Part shown: one piece after another, positions 49,042-60,941 of the stretch
Position numbering within the stretch: the stretch's first letter is position 1
Layout of the letters: every line of letters begins with the position of its first letter
Assembly (NCBI RefSeq): GCF_041146345.1
Contig: NW_027191415.1
Span: 1,116,001 to 1,180,000, forward strand
Origin: Neodothiora populina
Lineage: Eukaryota
Length of the DNA: 64,000 nt
Reading direction: 5' to 3'
Translations under genes and position numbers: made by a program
Notes under the pieces: generated by a model
The model's database searches: none
What the model saw: only the letters and a program-made list of their open reading frames with translations
Told to the model about the DNA's origin: nothing

Positions 49042-51012
49042 TCACGAGCTACAACCACAAAACCAAGTTGAGCATCTGTGTCTGGACCGGCCATTCTGGT
49101 TGGCGTGATTGCGTCCTCCAATACCTCTGTCTTCATTTGCACTCGTACGGCCGCCCTCAGACAAGGGTGAACCATCAGTGAAATGAGACTCAGCAGTGTC
49201 GACCGAGGAAGCATTTCGCACATGCAACTTTCCCTTCTTGATAACAAACTTCTTGCTGACGAACCCAGGCGGTGTCGTTGGAGCCAGCCGCATCGGTGGC
49301 TTGGGAGCCTGTCGAGGGGTAGTGAACCATTCACTACTGCCAGTGGTGCTTTCGTGGAGAGTGAGGGGCTTACTGATCAGTGAATGGCATGATTTGCTGG
49401 CGGCAGTCGAGACCGGATTGTCAACGACTTCCCTGGACTGATCAGCGGCGATAGGTGTGACGCCTTTAGGGGGATTGGAACCGAGTGGGCGAGGATGGTT
49501 GTGACGAGCCATCAATTCCAAGCTAGCAGTTTCACGAGTTGCTCTGGAGTCAAGGACGGGTGAGGCGTACGAAGAGACAGGCTGTGATGAGCCTGCCTTT
49601 CTTTCACGAGAACGTCTTATCTCCATGTTTGCGACGACGTTACCGTCCCTGGGAAAAGTGACCAACGAACTGCCCATGTCAGGGACGAGGTTCTGAGGGA
49701 CACAGAAATCGTTGCCTAGCAGTAATCTTGTGGGCATGGACTGACAGATGTGACAGATCTGAGTGACATTAGTATACGTGATGCCTCCACCTTTACACGC
49801 ACTCCGCCTTGCTGGAACGTATAAATTCATAATAACACACTGCGAAGAACTCACGCTAGATCCGGTGATTAATGTGTAATCGAGAGACCTTCTAGCCTTG
49901 TATCGATGAGCGTAGGAAAGGTGTTGCAGAAGCCAGGATTCACTTACTAGGCTGGTTGAGGCACTTGTGTCGAGACAAGCAACCACGGGTGCGCTATTGA
50001 GTGAGAGCTGAACGTAGGTGTCCATGGAGAAACAGGTGTTGTAGGCACCAACATGGTCAATGCGGACATTCGATACAACAACCTCACGTGAAGTTGGACC
50101 GATCTGTCGACTCTCTCGATGAACTATCACTCTCCTCACTGCAGTACGTGAAGTTCTGTAGGGTAGCGTGAGCGAGATCTGTACGTCGGCGATTGAACGC
50201 GCAGGCACAACACGGGTCGAACCAAAGATACCAGGCCCCAGGGAGATGTCAGGAGCGATGATGATGAATACGTGATGCTGAGGATCCAGCCCACGCGATG
50301 GGGCACCACCATGCTCACCCTGCTTCACAGATGATGTTGAGCGTTGTAGAAGGGGAAAGTCTGGGTTTTTGTAGCCGTCCAGCTCAATCTGCGCATTACC
50401 ACATCTCCCCAGAACGGCAGTCATCGTAGGCAACAAGATGGAAACTCGTTGTGTCTCGATAAAGCCTGTGCCCAGCAGGATTGCAACCCCTCGGGGCAGG
50501 CCAATGTCGCGAACGAACAACACTGTCATGGTTTTGGCCAATGCATGTTGTCCGTTCTTCTCACAAGGAAGAAAAAGCGTCGCTACCACGTACTGGCTGG
50601 TGGCCACGAGGCCTGAGGCGGTACCAGATTCCAACGGAACAGAAACCTGCCTGATGTCAGAAGAATTGAAGTTGGTCTTTGCTTGGTAGGAGGAAATGAA
50701 GGAAGCACAAGAGGCTGTATCGAAGCAAGCAATCGTGTTCTCGCCCACAGTCTCACGCAACTTCACCTCGGCAGTGACCAACGAATGCGTGCAGTAGCTC
50801 GCCTCGATGTGTTTTGTGCCGGGGGCGGTGGATTCGATGATGCGACTACGGGAGACGGAGGATGTGTAAAGATGAGGACTACCTCTAGGCTGCGGGATGT
50901 CAAATTCGGCGGGAGGCGAGATAGAGGGGGTGGCTACAGACTCACCATCGTTGAAAGTGTCGACGAGGACAGGCTTGGAGATTACAAGAGAGCAGGACCG
51001 CGACTAGACCTT
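49042..51012 (-). CDS. ORF with two tandem retropepsin-like aspartic protease domains; start unresolved, possibly a pseudogene
   Basis: ACFDTASCASFIS..ILLGTGFI and ACLDTSASTSLVS..LLLGNDFC match the Ty3/gypsy-type protease pattern. Frame is open from 51012 with no early ATG; no RT or integrase follows. Confidence 0.65.
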
Positions 51013-51790
51013 CTACCAGAGAGGCGACGGGTCATGCTCTTGAATGTTTTGTGAATAGAACCTTGTCTCTCCATTGCGCCGTTAGTTCTCCCAGCACTAT
51101 GAGTCGAATGTTTCCTGTGAGTGAAATTGGGTAGTCGGCCAGAAGTTTATGCGATAGTGTCTCGACGGTGACCTAATCTCTGTTGTTAGTGCACCAAAGG
51201 TCGTCGTCCGGGTCCAGATGAAGAGAAGTGTTGTGAGACCTGTGTTTATATCCTACCTTGAGGGCCTCGACGTGTTGCCTTTGTTCTCTTTGATATGGTC
51301 TAGACACAAAGGCTACATCGTAGAACAACGCCATGATTGTCTTTCACTGTGCGTGACAAAGGGCGCATGACAAAAGGCGCAACGAACAATGCCACTACCT
51401 CGACTTTTGCGCCTTGACAAAGCTTGATCAAGGTAAGGTAGCCTATGCAAATACCTGAGAAAGCCTTACACAAACCAACCGTTGCGATTGCCGCGATACG
51501 ACTATCATATCCGAAGCGTCGCTTCTTTATCCTCGATCTCAACACAGCAACACGCACCATCACACCTCTTTTCAAGCATGATCCCCAACTTCAGCTGCTT
51601 ACCCAAGGGTTGGATGACTCCAGACACGCCACAAAGACACCCAGACTCATGCCCCGGCGGATGTGTAGTACACAGGGGCTCTCATTATCTTCTGTTGATA
51701 GTAATAAGGCATTGGGAGACCTCAAGGTTATCTATCAAATGCTCGGAGAAGTCTAGTTTCTTGGAGGTAGGCAACAGTCACGCTCTACTA

Positions 51791-51978
51791 CAGAGGGGCT
51801 CCTCTTTCTCGTTGTTGGTAGAGAAATCCTCAACGAGTAGTCGGTGACTCCCCACTGAGTGGTTAAGAATTCCTAATGAGTAGTCGATAAGTCTCCGATT
51901 AAGGTTCAATGATTTCGTAGTGAATAGTCGATGGCTCTCCAATCAAAGCTTAATGAATTCATGGCGAATAGCCAATCA
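51791..51978 (+). repeat. 22-bp-period array, forward, with Tc1-like terminus
   Basis: Units start at 51822, 51844, 51866, 51887, 51909, 51931, 51953, 51975; upstream TA-CAGAGGGGCTC (51789-51801). Confidence 0.88.
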
Positions 51979-52110
51979 TATTTGCCTCAACAACGAACTT
52001 GGATCGTCGCGTTGGCAAGTCACAGGAACCAAAAAACTACTAGTCGAGGGATAATGCACGTAGGAAGTCCGTAAGTCGTTAGCTTTCCGTTTGATTAGAG
52101 GCTAGTCACC

Positions 52111-53105
52111 CTATGAAGGCTTCTGGTACCCGTCAACATCAGTGCTGTTGGACAGCTTCTCAAACTTCTTGACGCTCTCTCTGTACGTGTCAAGCTTGCC
52201 GTTGATGGCGGCATACGCGTCTGTACCGACAACGCAGCGCAAGGGAGGGTCTTTCATGACAGCCAGTTCTGGAAAACGTTAGCAACTCCGTCTTCACAAT
52301 TCTCATGATATTAAGAGCGAAGAAAAGGAGCTCACCATAGAACGCCAGCGCACCCTTATGCGGATCGCCGGCCTGAGTACCATTCCTCTCGCCCATCTGC
52401 TTCTTCGCATCAATATGATCATAAGCCGCACACTTCTCCTCTCCGAAATCCATGCTTCTGCCGGCCCAGTCGGTCCTGAAACCACCAGGTTCGATGCACG
52501 TGAACTTGATGCCCCACTCGGGCTTGACCTCTTGGCTGATGGCTTCGGTGAAGCCCTCGACAGCCCACTTCGAGGCGCAGTAGACGCTGAAGATAGGCAC
52601 GCCGCGCTGGCCGCCGATGGAGGTGACTTGTTGGATCACGCCTCCCGGGGGCGAGTTGCGCTCGCGCATGATCTGCATGGCTTTGCGGGTACAGTCTAGG
52701 AGGCCGAAGAAATTGATTTCCATCTTTTTGTTTCGGGACATTAGTATCTTATAAGAAAAGAGAAATGCAGGTAAGAGAGAGGAAATGAAATACCTGTGTC
52801 CTGATCTGCTTCTCACTGAGACTTTCAAACTCGCCGCCGAGGCCGTACCCAGCATTGTTAACCACGACGTCGATGCGACCAAAGTGCTCATATGCCGTCT
52901 CAAAGGCCTTTTCGATTGACTCTTTCTTCGTCACGTCGAGGTCGACGGCGAGATAGTTCTTGTCTGTTGCGCCTTCTGGCGGCGAGAGTTTGGACGAGTT
53001 GCGTGCTGTGGCGCATACGCTGTCGCCCTTGGAGATGGCGATCTTGGTCAGTTCGAGGCCGAAGCCTGTGCTGGTTCCTGTGATGAAGAAGACGCGGGGA
53101 GACAT
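52111..53105 (-). CDS. Short-chain dehydrogenase/reductase; introns 52724-52793, 52269-52335
   Basis: TGTSTGFG, DVVVNNAGYG, YCASK, IEPGGFRTDW. Confidence 0.95.
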
Positions 53106-53668
53106 TTTTCCTGTGTTTCTTTTCTGTTGTCAAAAGAAAGAGCTGTCCGTCTTCTCTATCTACTCTATATATACCTGCCCATCATCATGTTGCATTGAGT
53201 TCACCCATCGACGTCAGTAAGACCGGGGGTAACGGACATTAGCCCGACGACGACAATACCCCAACTTTTTGACTTCCTACAGATATCTTATCGGTCGTAG
53301 TACAAAGTGTATGTGCCGGCGGCAGCAGCAACGATGATGAACGATGCATACACAGGAAGCGGGATACTATTCGATCATCTCGAACCTTTTTTTCCTATGT
53401 CTCGTGGTGACGTTTGTATGTCATCAAGTCTTCCCAGAAGGCCACCTCAGCTCAGCTAGCAGAGTGCGCCTGCTCTTGCCTGGCCTGGGGAACTCGACAA
53501 CTCCGAGGATTTGCGTACATTATTTCGATGCCACTGTCCTGCAAATAGCAAAGAAATGGCCAATCGTGGGAGTGGGAGCGGGAGCGGGAGCGTTGCCAAT
53601 TTACCATACGTAAAACATCAATACTCTGCACCGTCAAACGAATCGCCTGCTACAATGGAGCCGTCGTT

Positions 53669-53850
53669 AGTCATTGACCATTTACTGGGTCGTCTTTGAG
53701 TAGTCATTGGCCAATCATGGACGAGTCGTTGACCTTTCAGTAAGTATCTATCAGCAATTCATCAAGGACTCGTGGACTGTTCATCAGGAAGTCGTTGACT
53801 ATCCTGCCAAGACTTATCGACTATTCATTGGAATCTCATTGATATTTACG
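53669..53850 (-). repeat. 22-bp-period array, reverse
   Basis: Unit ends at 53674, 53696, then (after an 11-bp step) 53707, 53729, 53751, 53773, 53795, 53817, 53839. Confidence 0.9.
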
Positions 53851-53941
53851 ATTGCAACGATGCTTGCTCGTCGTCGAATCCGATCCAAATGAAAATGACT
53901 TGAAATCATAAAACTCGATTAAGAGATCGAAGCTGCCCCGT

Positions 53942-55744
53942 TTAGTGCGCAAATCTAAAGTCCAGTCGCTTGTTACCCTGGTCTGTCGTAGTCCGCATGT
54001 AATGATCCTTCTCCTCCTTGCTCATAGCATTCCATACCAAGTCTCTCTTCCTACACGCAATCAATTAGCTTGAGTTCATTCGTATTCTCTCTGTGGCAAC
54101 GTACCTGTTGACGTAAACATAAAAGACCTTTGTACCAACAAACAACGCAATATTGTAGCAGGTCAAGCCGATCAGCACTTTGTTTCCCGTGTAGTAGAGC
54201 GGCTTGTCCGGCGCACGGTAAATGTTGTTGCCGATGATGTTGCTTCCCTGCACAAACATATTGTAGAGCGCACTTGCCACTGTCCTGGTCCGCACAGTGC
54301 CGGCATTGCGACTCGTGATGGCGACGAGAATGGCATGCACGTAGGGCTGCGCGAAGAGAAGAATGGCTAGTACCCACTGCACCCAGCCGCTACGTGTAGG
54401 TGGCAAGACTTCAAGGGCAATCAGAAGGGGAAGGACCCAAAATTGAGAGACGGTGCAGAGGAGGAATCGCTCATTGACTCGTTCGGACACCCAGGTCACC
54501 AGAAGGAGGAGTATGATGAACAAAGCGTAGGCCGGGATGCAGAGAAGATTCGTGGTGAAGGTCCCGAAGCCGACCGCCTTGAGTGTCAGAGTCAAGTACT
54601 GTTCTGATTGTCAGCGATGCCATGTCCGCATCTAGCGATGATGGCAAGAGCAAGAAGACTTACACTCGCCATGGGAATCTGTGGAAGCATCCAGGACAGC
54701 CCAATAAGATAGATGGGCCACATGTGATAATCTTGCAGACATTTCCAGAACATGCCAAAGTCAATAGCCTGTCTGTTGTGCATGTCTCCCTTGCTAGGAT
54801 CGTCACGCAAGATTCGGTTGACCATGATCTTTTCCTCGCGTTCATTGAACCAGCCATCCTTGCCCCTGAACTTCGATGCCGTCTGCGTCGGTGAAGGAGG
54901 GACATAGAAGTACGAGATGATGCCAATGATCCCTGTAAGTGTGCCTTCGAGGGCAAAGAGCCAGCGCCAGCCAGCCATTCCATTGATGCCGGCCATGTGA
55001 AGAATGCCAAAGGCAAGAAAAGCTGAGATGATGGAGGTGCTCTGATATGCCACCCAGAACCAGGAGAGTCGCATCGGTAGTTCCGACCCAGTGTACCAAT
55101 AAGACAGGTAAAGGATATTGTCCGGGATAAACCCACCCTCGATCAAACCCAACAGTGCTCGGCAGGCATAAAAGGACGATCTACCAGACAAGAAGGCTTG
55201 CATACTTGCGACCAAGCTCCAGGACACCATCTGAATCGGAATCCAATTGTCTGGGCCGATTCTCTTCGAGATTAGTTGAGACGGGAGCTCAGCAAAAAGA
55301 AAGGTGACGAAGAAAATCGTCTGGCCTGTATTGTACTGGTTCGTGGTCATGCCTAGGTCGTCGAGCATATGATCCGAAAGAGCTTGAGAAATGTTTCCAC
55401 GATCAAGCTGAAGCGCGAAGAACATCAAGCATACCCAACTGCATATCCTGTAGTCTATCTGCCAAGATCGTCAGTACTTGAGCGTGACATTCAAAGACAA
55501 AGAACATCACCTTTCTGACGAGTTTCTTCTCCTCCTGAGGCTCCCACTCGAACGAGGGGTCAAACCTATGGATACCCTCATACGTTTCTACAGGTCTGAA
55601 GTAGCTCTGGAAAGAGTCGCTGTCGAACGGCTTGTTGCCACTTTTCGCAAACAATGTCGGCTCATCGACTGCGGCGACCGGATACGCTTTCAAGTCGGGC
55701 GTATGTTGGTAATCATCCGAGTCTGAATCTTTAATCGAAGCCAT
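53942..55744 (-). CDS. MFS allantoate-permease-family transporter, Soa1-like (probable sulfonate uptake); introns 55459-55510, 54599-54663, 54051-54104
   Basis: FFALQLDRGNISQA, AELPSQLISK, EGGFIPD..YLSYWY, RILRDDPSKGDMHNRQ, terminal KRLDFRFAH. Confidence 0.9.
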
Positions 55745-56696
55745 GGCTGTAGTGGCTACAGTCTTGCAATGGTCAAGCTTTGCCAATATAAAAGCCAAAG
55801 GATGATGGAAATCTTGGTAAAAGTGGCGCAAGTCTTCGTTATGTACCACACCAGAAGAGAACGATTTCGCAATTGCTTCACTGCGCCTATGACATATTCA
55901 GCGGGTTCGCAAAACACGGTAACAAAACCCAAGGCCAGATCCATTGCGTGCCGGAGATGGACTGAAGGCCGAGTCTCGGTATGACCATTATCCTGGTCAC
56001 TAGCAGTTCAACGAAAGATCGAAACACGCGATCCACAGTCGCTGACCAGGTAAGCCCCCACGGACAAGTCGTCGAATTGAGCATTCTCTGATCAACAAGC
56101 GGCGCGACATGCGCTCGCGACAGCCAGCACGCGGGTGGTTTTGAGAATGCGAGGTGGATGAAACACCCAAAAGGGCAAAGACAGACGCATTGCGTGATTT
56201 TATGCAAAGCTGTGTTTGGTTATGAGGATGGCGACATATGAGTTACAGCGCTCGTCAAGTCTTATCGGTATTAAAGCATTTGCATTATGGGCGCTGCTAT
56301 AGGTTGACGGACGTAAGCGAGATCCATCGACATCCGCAAACACATGCAATGTTTATAGTGATTCCCCGGAGATAGGACCAACGCCCGGTCTTGGCGAGGC
56401 CCGATCAACACCAGAGCTGTCTTAAGCCATAAACATGATATGCAGTCGTGCGAGGGGTATACCAGCTTGCGTGTGCTGTAGACGATTCGATCGTGCATGG
56501 TAACGTGGTGGTGCGGCTCATCTTTCTCCACCTTGTATCACCGAGTATCGCCACGGCCGTATGGACACGACCCTTAAAAGACTCGGGTGGCCGCCATGAT
56601 CATCGCAGGCTCTTCTTATTCAGAGCAACCTTTGATATTCCACTCTTCTTGGTCTCCGAGATAAGAAAACTGTATCGTATAAGCTTACAAAACAAG

Positions 56697-57912
56697 ATGG
56701 CTCCCGCACTCATTGAGACTCCCCAACAGACCTCAGCAGACAAGGTTGCTGAGAAAGTGTTTGCCAAGGACAAGATACAGGCGGCCTACAAAGAGGCATT
56801 TGCCCAAGATGCAAAGACCACCAATTACGAGGGCGAGCTGAATGGAGTCGGCAATTTTGCACCAGCGAAGTATCCAAACTACTTGCCATTCTGGGATGAC
56901 ACCAAGTATCCACCCTATGAGCCATTCGAGGCCTACGACCATGGCAAAGACGCCGATGCTTCGTTCTCGAGCTTACTCCAGGGAGCTGAGGTCGAGGACC
57001 TTTGTGCAAACATCGGTGCCGAAGTCAAGGGCGTCCAATTGAGCAAGCTCAGCAAGGAAGGCAAGGATGAGCTTGCTCTGTTCGTGGCACAGAAGAAAGT
57101 CGTCGGTATGTACCAAGTTTCCCGAGTGTTGGCTCTGTTGCGGTATGAATCTGACACTTCGAAAAGCATTCCGTGATCAAGACTTGGCCGATCTGCCAAT
57201 TCAAGAGGCCCTCGACTTTGCCGAGTACTTTGGCCCTTCTCACATCCATCCTGCGAGTGGAGCTCCTAAAGGATTCCCAAAGGTGCATCTTGTTCACAGA
57301 TCTGCTGCCGACACGACGGCCAAGGACTTCTTCGAAGAGAGAACTAACAGCATTACGTGGCACTCCGACGTGACGTACGAGCAGCAGCCTCCGGGTACTA
57401 CCTTCCTCTATCTTCTTGACGGACCTACGGCAGGCGGCGATACAGCTTTCTGCAACCAGGCCGAGGCCTACCGACGACTTTCACCTGCATTCCAGCAGCG
57501 TTTGCACGGATTGAAGGCAATTCATTCTGGCCATGAGCAAGCCGCGAGTGCACTTGCCAGAGGTAGCATTGTCCGACGTGACCCAGTGGCCAACGAGCAT
57601 CCGATCGTTCGTACGCATCCAGTTACTGGAGAGAAAGCTCTCTTTGTCAATCCTCAATTCACGCGTAGAATCGTGGGACTCAAGAAGGAGGAATCCGACT
57701 ATCTGCTCAAGTTCCTGTTTGATCACATTGCACTGTCTCAGGATCTGCAGGCTAGAGTCAAGTGGGCGCCGGGTACAGTGATTGTATGGGACAATCGGGT
57801 GACTGCACACACGGCCATTCTCGACTGGCAGGATGGACAGAGGAGGCATCTTGCGCGGTTAACGCCAAGGGCAGAGCGGCCTTATGAGACCCCGTTCGAA
57901 GAGAAGGCCTAG
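56697..57912 (+). CDS. Alpha-ketoglutarate-dependent sulfonate/taurine dioxygenase (TauD/Jlp1 family); intron 57106-57166
   Basis: VAFRDQD after splicing, WHSDVTYE, GGDT, HPIVRTHPVTGEKALFVN, WDNRVTAH..R. Confidence 0.95.
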
Positions 57913-58599
57913 AATGGTGCTAGGACTGCCTGATGCGTGTCTGATGTCTTTCATTTTAAAGTCCGTTCATATTGGGATATAGCTTCCAGTACACAGATGC
58001 TGTTCAACGAGTGGTTTTTCGTCTCTGACCGTGCGTGACGGGTCTGCAGAATGGCGTCCCTGTAATCATAATTCAGCGCCGGATATTGTGAGATCGCCCA
58101 TCCCGTTCGCTTAGGTGTATTGCATATTGTTTCTGCACTCTTTAGAAGCAGGATGTTGCTTGTCATGCAAAAGATTTAGTGCCTGAGTTGCTGGTTTCTT
58201 TGTCTGCAGGGCTGCGTGCTTTCCCCACTTTCAATGTCATCACTCGCTTCGACCTGCAGTGAGGAATAGAGAAAGTAGAATAGGCAGACCTGCAAAGTAT
58301 GAAACTCTCTGTCTTCCTTGAGCACAGTACTGTACATCAATCTTGACGCAAAGGATTTATTCAGTACTTTGAGCTCTGTCTTCAGTACTCGCTTCATATG
58401 TGACGTGGGGACAGGTCTTTGCTGGAGCTAAAGTATACAGCTCCACTAGAACCATTCACACGTTCAATATCCGATAAGGCGCGGCTGGGTGCTTCGACAA
58501 GTCATTAATCTAGGTTGCGTGTCCATTAGTGTTGCGAGGAACGAACCCCTATGTAATACCGTCAGACAGTCTTACGTTCTTATCAGCGAATGAATTGAC

Positions 58600-59342
58600 A
58601 TGATATCCCATTACGTCGATTGCTGGAACCGTGTTTCTAACAGGTCTCTGTCCAGGAGTATGATGCTCTTCATAGCTCAACTGCATCGAGGGCATCGACG
58701 CATTTGAGTATTATACAACGCGTGGCGTGAGGGGCTGGCTGCAGTCTGTGTTCACGAAGCGAGACTGAATTCGACTCGAATGTCTGTCTATTAACTGCGC
58801 ATGAGCAATGTACTTCGCAGCAAGGTGTTCCGCTGATGGTCCCACATCTGGCTTCAGCATATACTCTAGCTTATATAATTTAGTTTCGACGGACAAATAT
58901 GTTCCATAGGGTTGACTTGAACAAGGACATCCCTGCTTAGGAAGACGCAAAATACTCGCCAGCAGCATCAGAGTGAACTGATATTCTCATATCCTCTGAC
59001 ATTAGGAATTCCAAGGTCTTTCTTAAGGCATCGTCTGTGACCTCTTCCAGAGCAATCACAAATGAAGGGCCAGCGTGATTGCATCCGTAGACATTTGCAA
59101 ATTGCGTCTTCGCGGATGCAGGGACAGATTTCTCAATTTTCCAAGGCGACACCCTCCCCACTGGTTGTAGAGCTGCATGCTTTGTTAGAACTTACGATCC
59201 GGTTATATTGAAGCATGATTAAAAGGAGCTTGAAGCAACATCCACCGGACTCCTCGTTCACTTTGTGCCATTCTTGTCCTGGAGCACTTCCATTTGTCCA
59301 TGCTGAGCTGTTGATCATATTTGTTGAGTAGTAACTAGCCAT
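58600..59342 (-). pseudogene. Degenerate coding remnant, possibly BTB/POZ-type
   Basis: Overlapping broken ORFs with IALEEVTDDALRKTLEFL, KLYKLEY and YEEHHTPGQRPVRNTV; weak resemblance only. Confidence 0.3.
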
Positions 59343-59403
59343 TCGATCCTTATGTTATTGATCAATCTTTCTTCTGCTTACCTTGAGAATATACTAAGGA
59401 GAA

Positions 59404-59519
59404 TGACCGTTTACCGGGCGGTCGTTAGCTAGTCATCAATGAGTCATTTATCATTGACCGAAGACTGATTGACGAATCATTCAGGACTGGGCAGTCATTG
59501 GCCAAGAACGAGTCCTTTA
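59404..59519 (-). repeat. 22-bp-period array, reverse, with terminal motif
   Basis: Unit ends at 59425, 59447, 59469, 59491; first unit tgaccgtttaccggg; outer GAGTCCTT-TA-TA (59510-59521). Confidence 0.85.
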
Positions 59520-59810
59520 TAGCCAGTGTTTCTCGACGATTGTTTTGGCTTGACAAAGGGTAAGGTGTGGCGCAGTAAACCGTTGTAGTATTCGTCCGAT
59601 CTCTAGCCTGTTAGAGGTAATTTGGTTTCCCCTCTTCACGACGTCATGGTCCACTCACGTCAGTAAAACTCTCGTCCCGCTTGTACCTTACAGAAGTAGG
59701 ACCATTCACGTATATGACCCCCAGATCCACTTGTGCTGATCTCTCCACGTCTTCAATAATAACAACCTACCAATTATACAAGTACAGACCACACAAAAAC
59801 ATCCGGCAAT

Positions 59811-60249
59811 ATGTACATTCCCACTCCCCAGAGCATCCTCACCGCTGGCATGGCCCTATCGGGTGCTATGATCAAGCGTGCGTATCGCCACTATCTTCTG
59901 GTCTGTTACAGGTCAACTAATTCATCAATCAGCCTCCTCCGTTGCATCCGGCAAGATCCTTGACTTTGCTGTCGAGAAGTGTATCGACGCCGATGGCAAT
60001 CAGCGTTGCAGCAAGCCGTTCCTTGTAACAAAGTCTACTTGCTACAACATTGAGTGGACCACCGAGGGAAGACTTTCACACACAACAGTCGAGGTGCGCG
60101 ATGCAGGCAGTGATGAGCTCGTTTTCTACCGTGATACCGACGGTGAATGGACACCCGAGAAGGGCGAGTTGGTCTACCTTGACTTCAAGCCCAAGGTCTG
60201 GAAGACTGGCAACGACACTGTGGAGTACAAGGTCAAGACTTGCGAGTAA
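59811..60249 (+). CDS. Small (127 aa) probably secreted 4-Cys protein; intron 59878-59932
   Basis: GTGCGT..CTAAT..CAG intron joins MYIPTPQSILTAGMALSGAMIK-P-SSVASGKILDFAVEKC in frame. Confidence 0.8.
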
Positions 60250-60941
60250 AGTGTTGAGCAGCATATTGTGTTCTTTGCATGTCTCAATTGAATGGGTTTC
60301 ACTGGAGTCTGGATTTGCATTGCTCAGCCGCGAAGCATTCTAAATAGCCCGTTCAATTTTAAGATGACTGTTATCTCGTACTTGTAATATGTGCATACTG
60401 TGTATGCCACTGTTCACATCAACTCCATACACGTCTCTATCTTGGACTATCATCTGAACAAACTCTTGAGCATGTCTGTCGTCTTCGTCCTTGCTGTAAA
60501 CTGCTGTCTTGAGCAAGGTGTTTTGCCTGCCATCGGGGTAGTTTCCCCGGATCTACTGACATCATCGTTAAGCAGACCCTTGAAGCCAAAAGTCTCATTT
60601 CTTTTAGTCAAGGCCTTTCCTTCTTCGGGCATTCGCACCGACTTCTAACACGAGCTTCTGGAGCAACATTTCCATCATGTAATATCCGCCTGTTTGACAC
60701 ACTCAAAACCCCATCTCTTCTACAAATCATCGTCATCGACTGCTATTTGTGCCTGTAAATCCGCTTCTGCTCCAAAACGCTCGGCGGGCTCGCCATTAGA
60801 TGAAAAACTTATTGGTAGGTGAGGTGATACAATGTAGGTGCTCTGTCTGCACGTTCTCTGCTTTCTCCTTGTCTGTTCGAAAAACAGAGAATCAATGCTG
60901 CGACTACCATTTTAACAAATGGCACTCCCAGTCTGTTCCTT

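Noticed and set aside
48800..51800. Full LTR retrotransposon
   Set aside because: No LTR pair, RT (YxDD), RNase H or integrase motifs seen.
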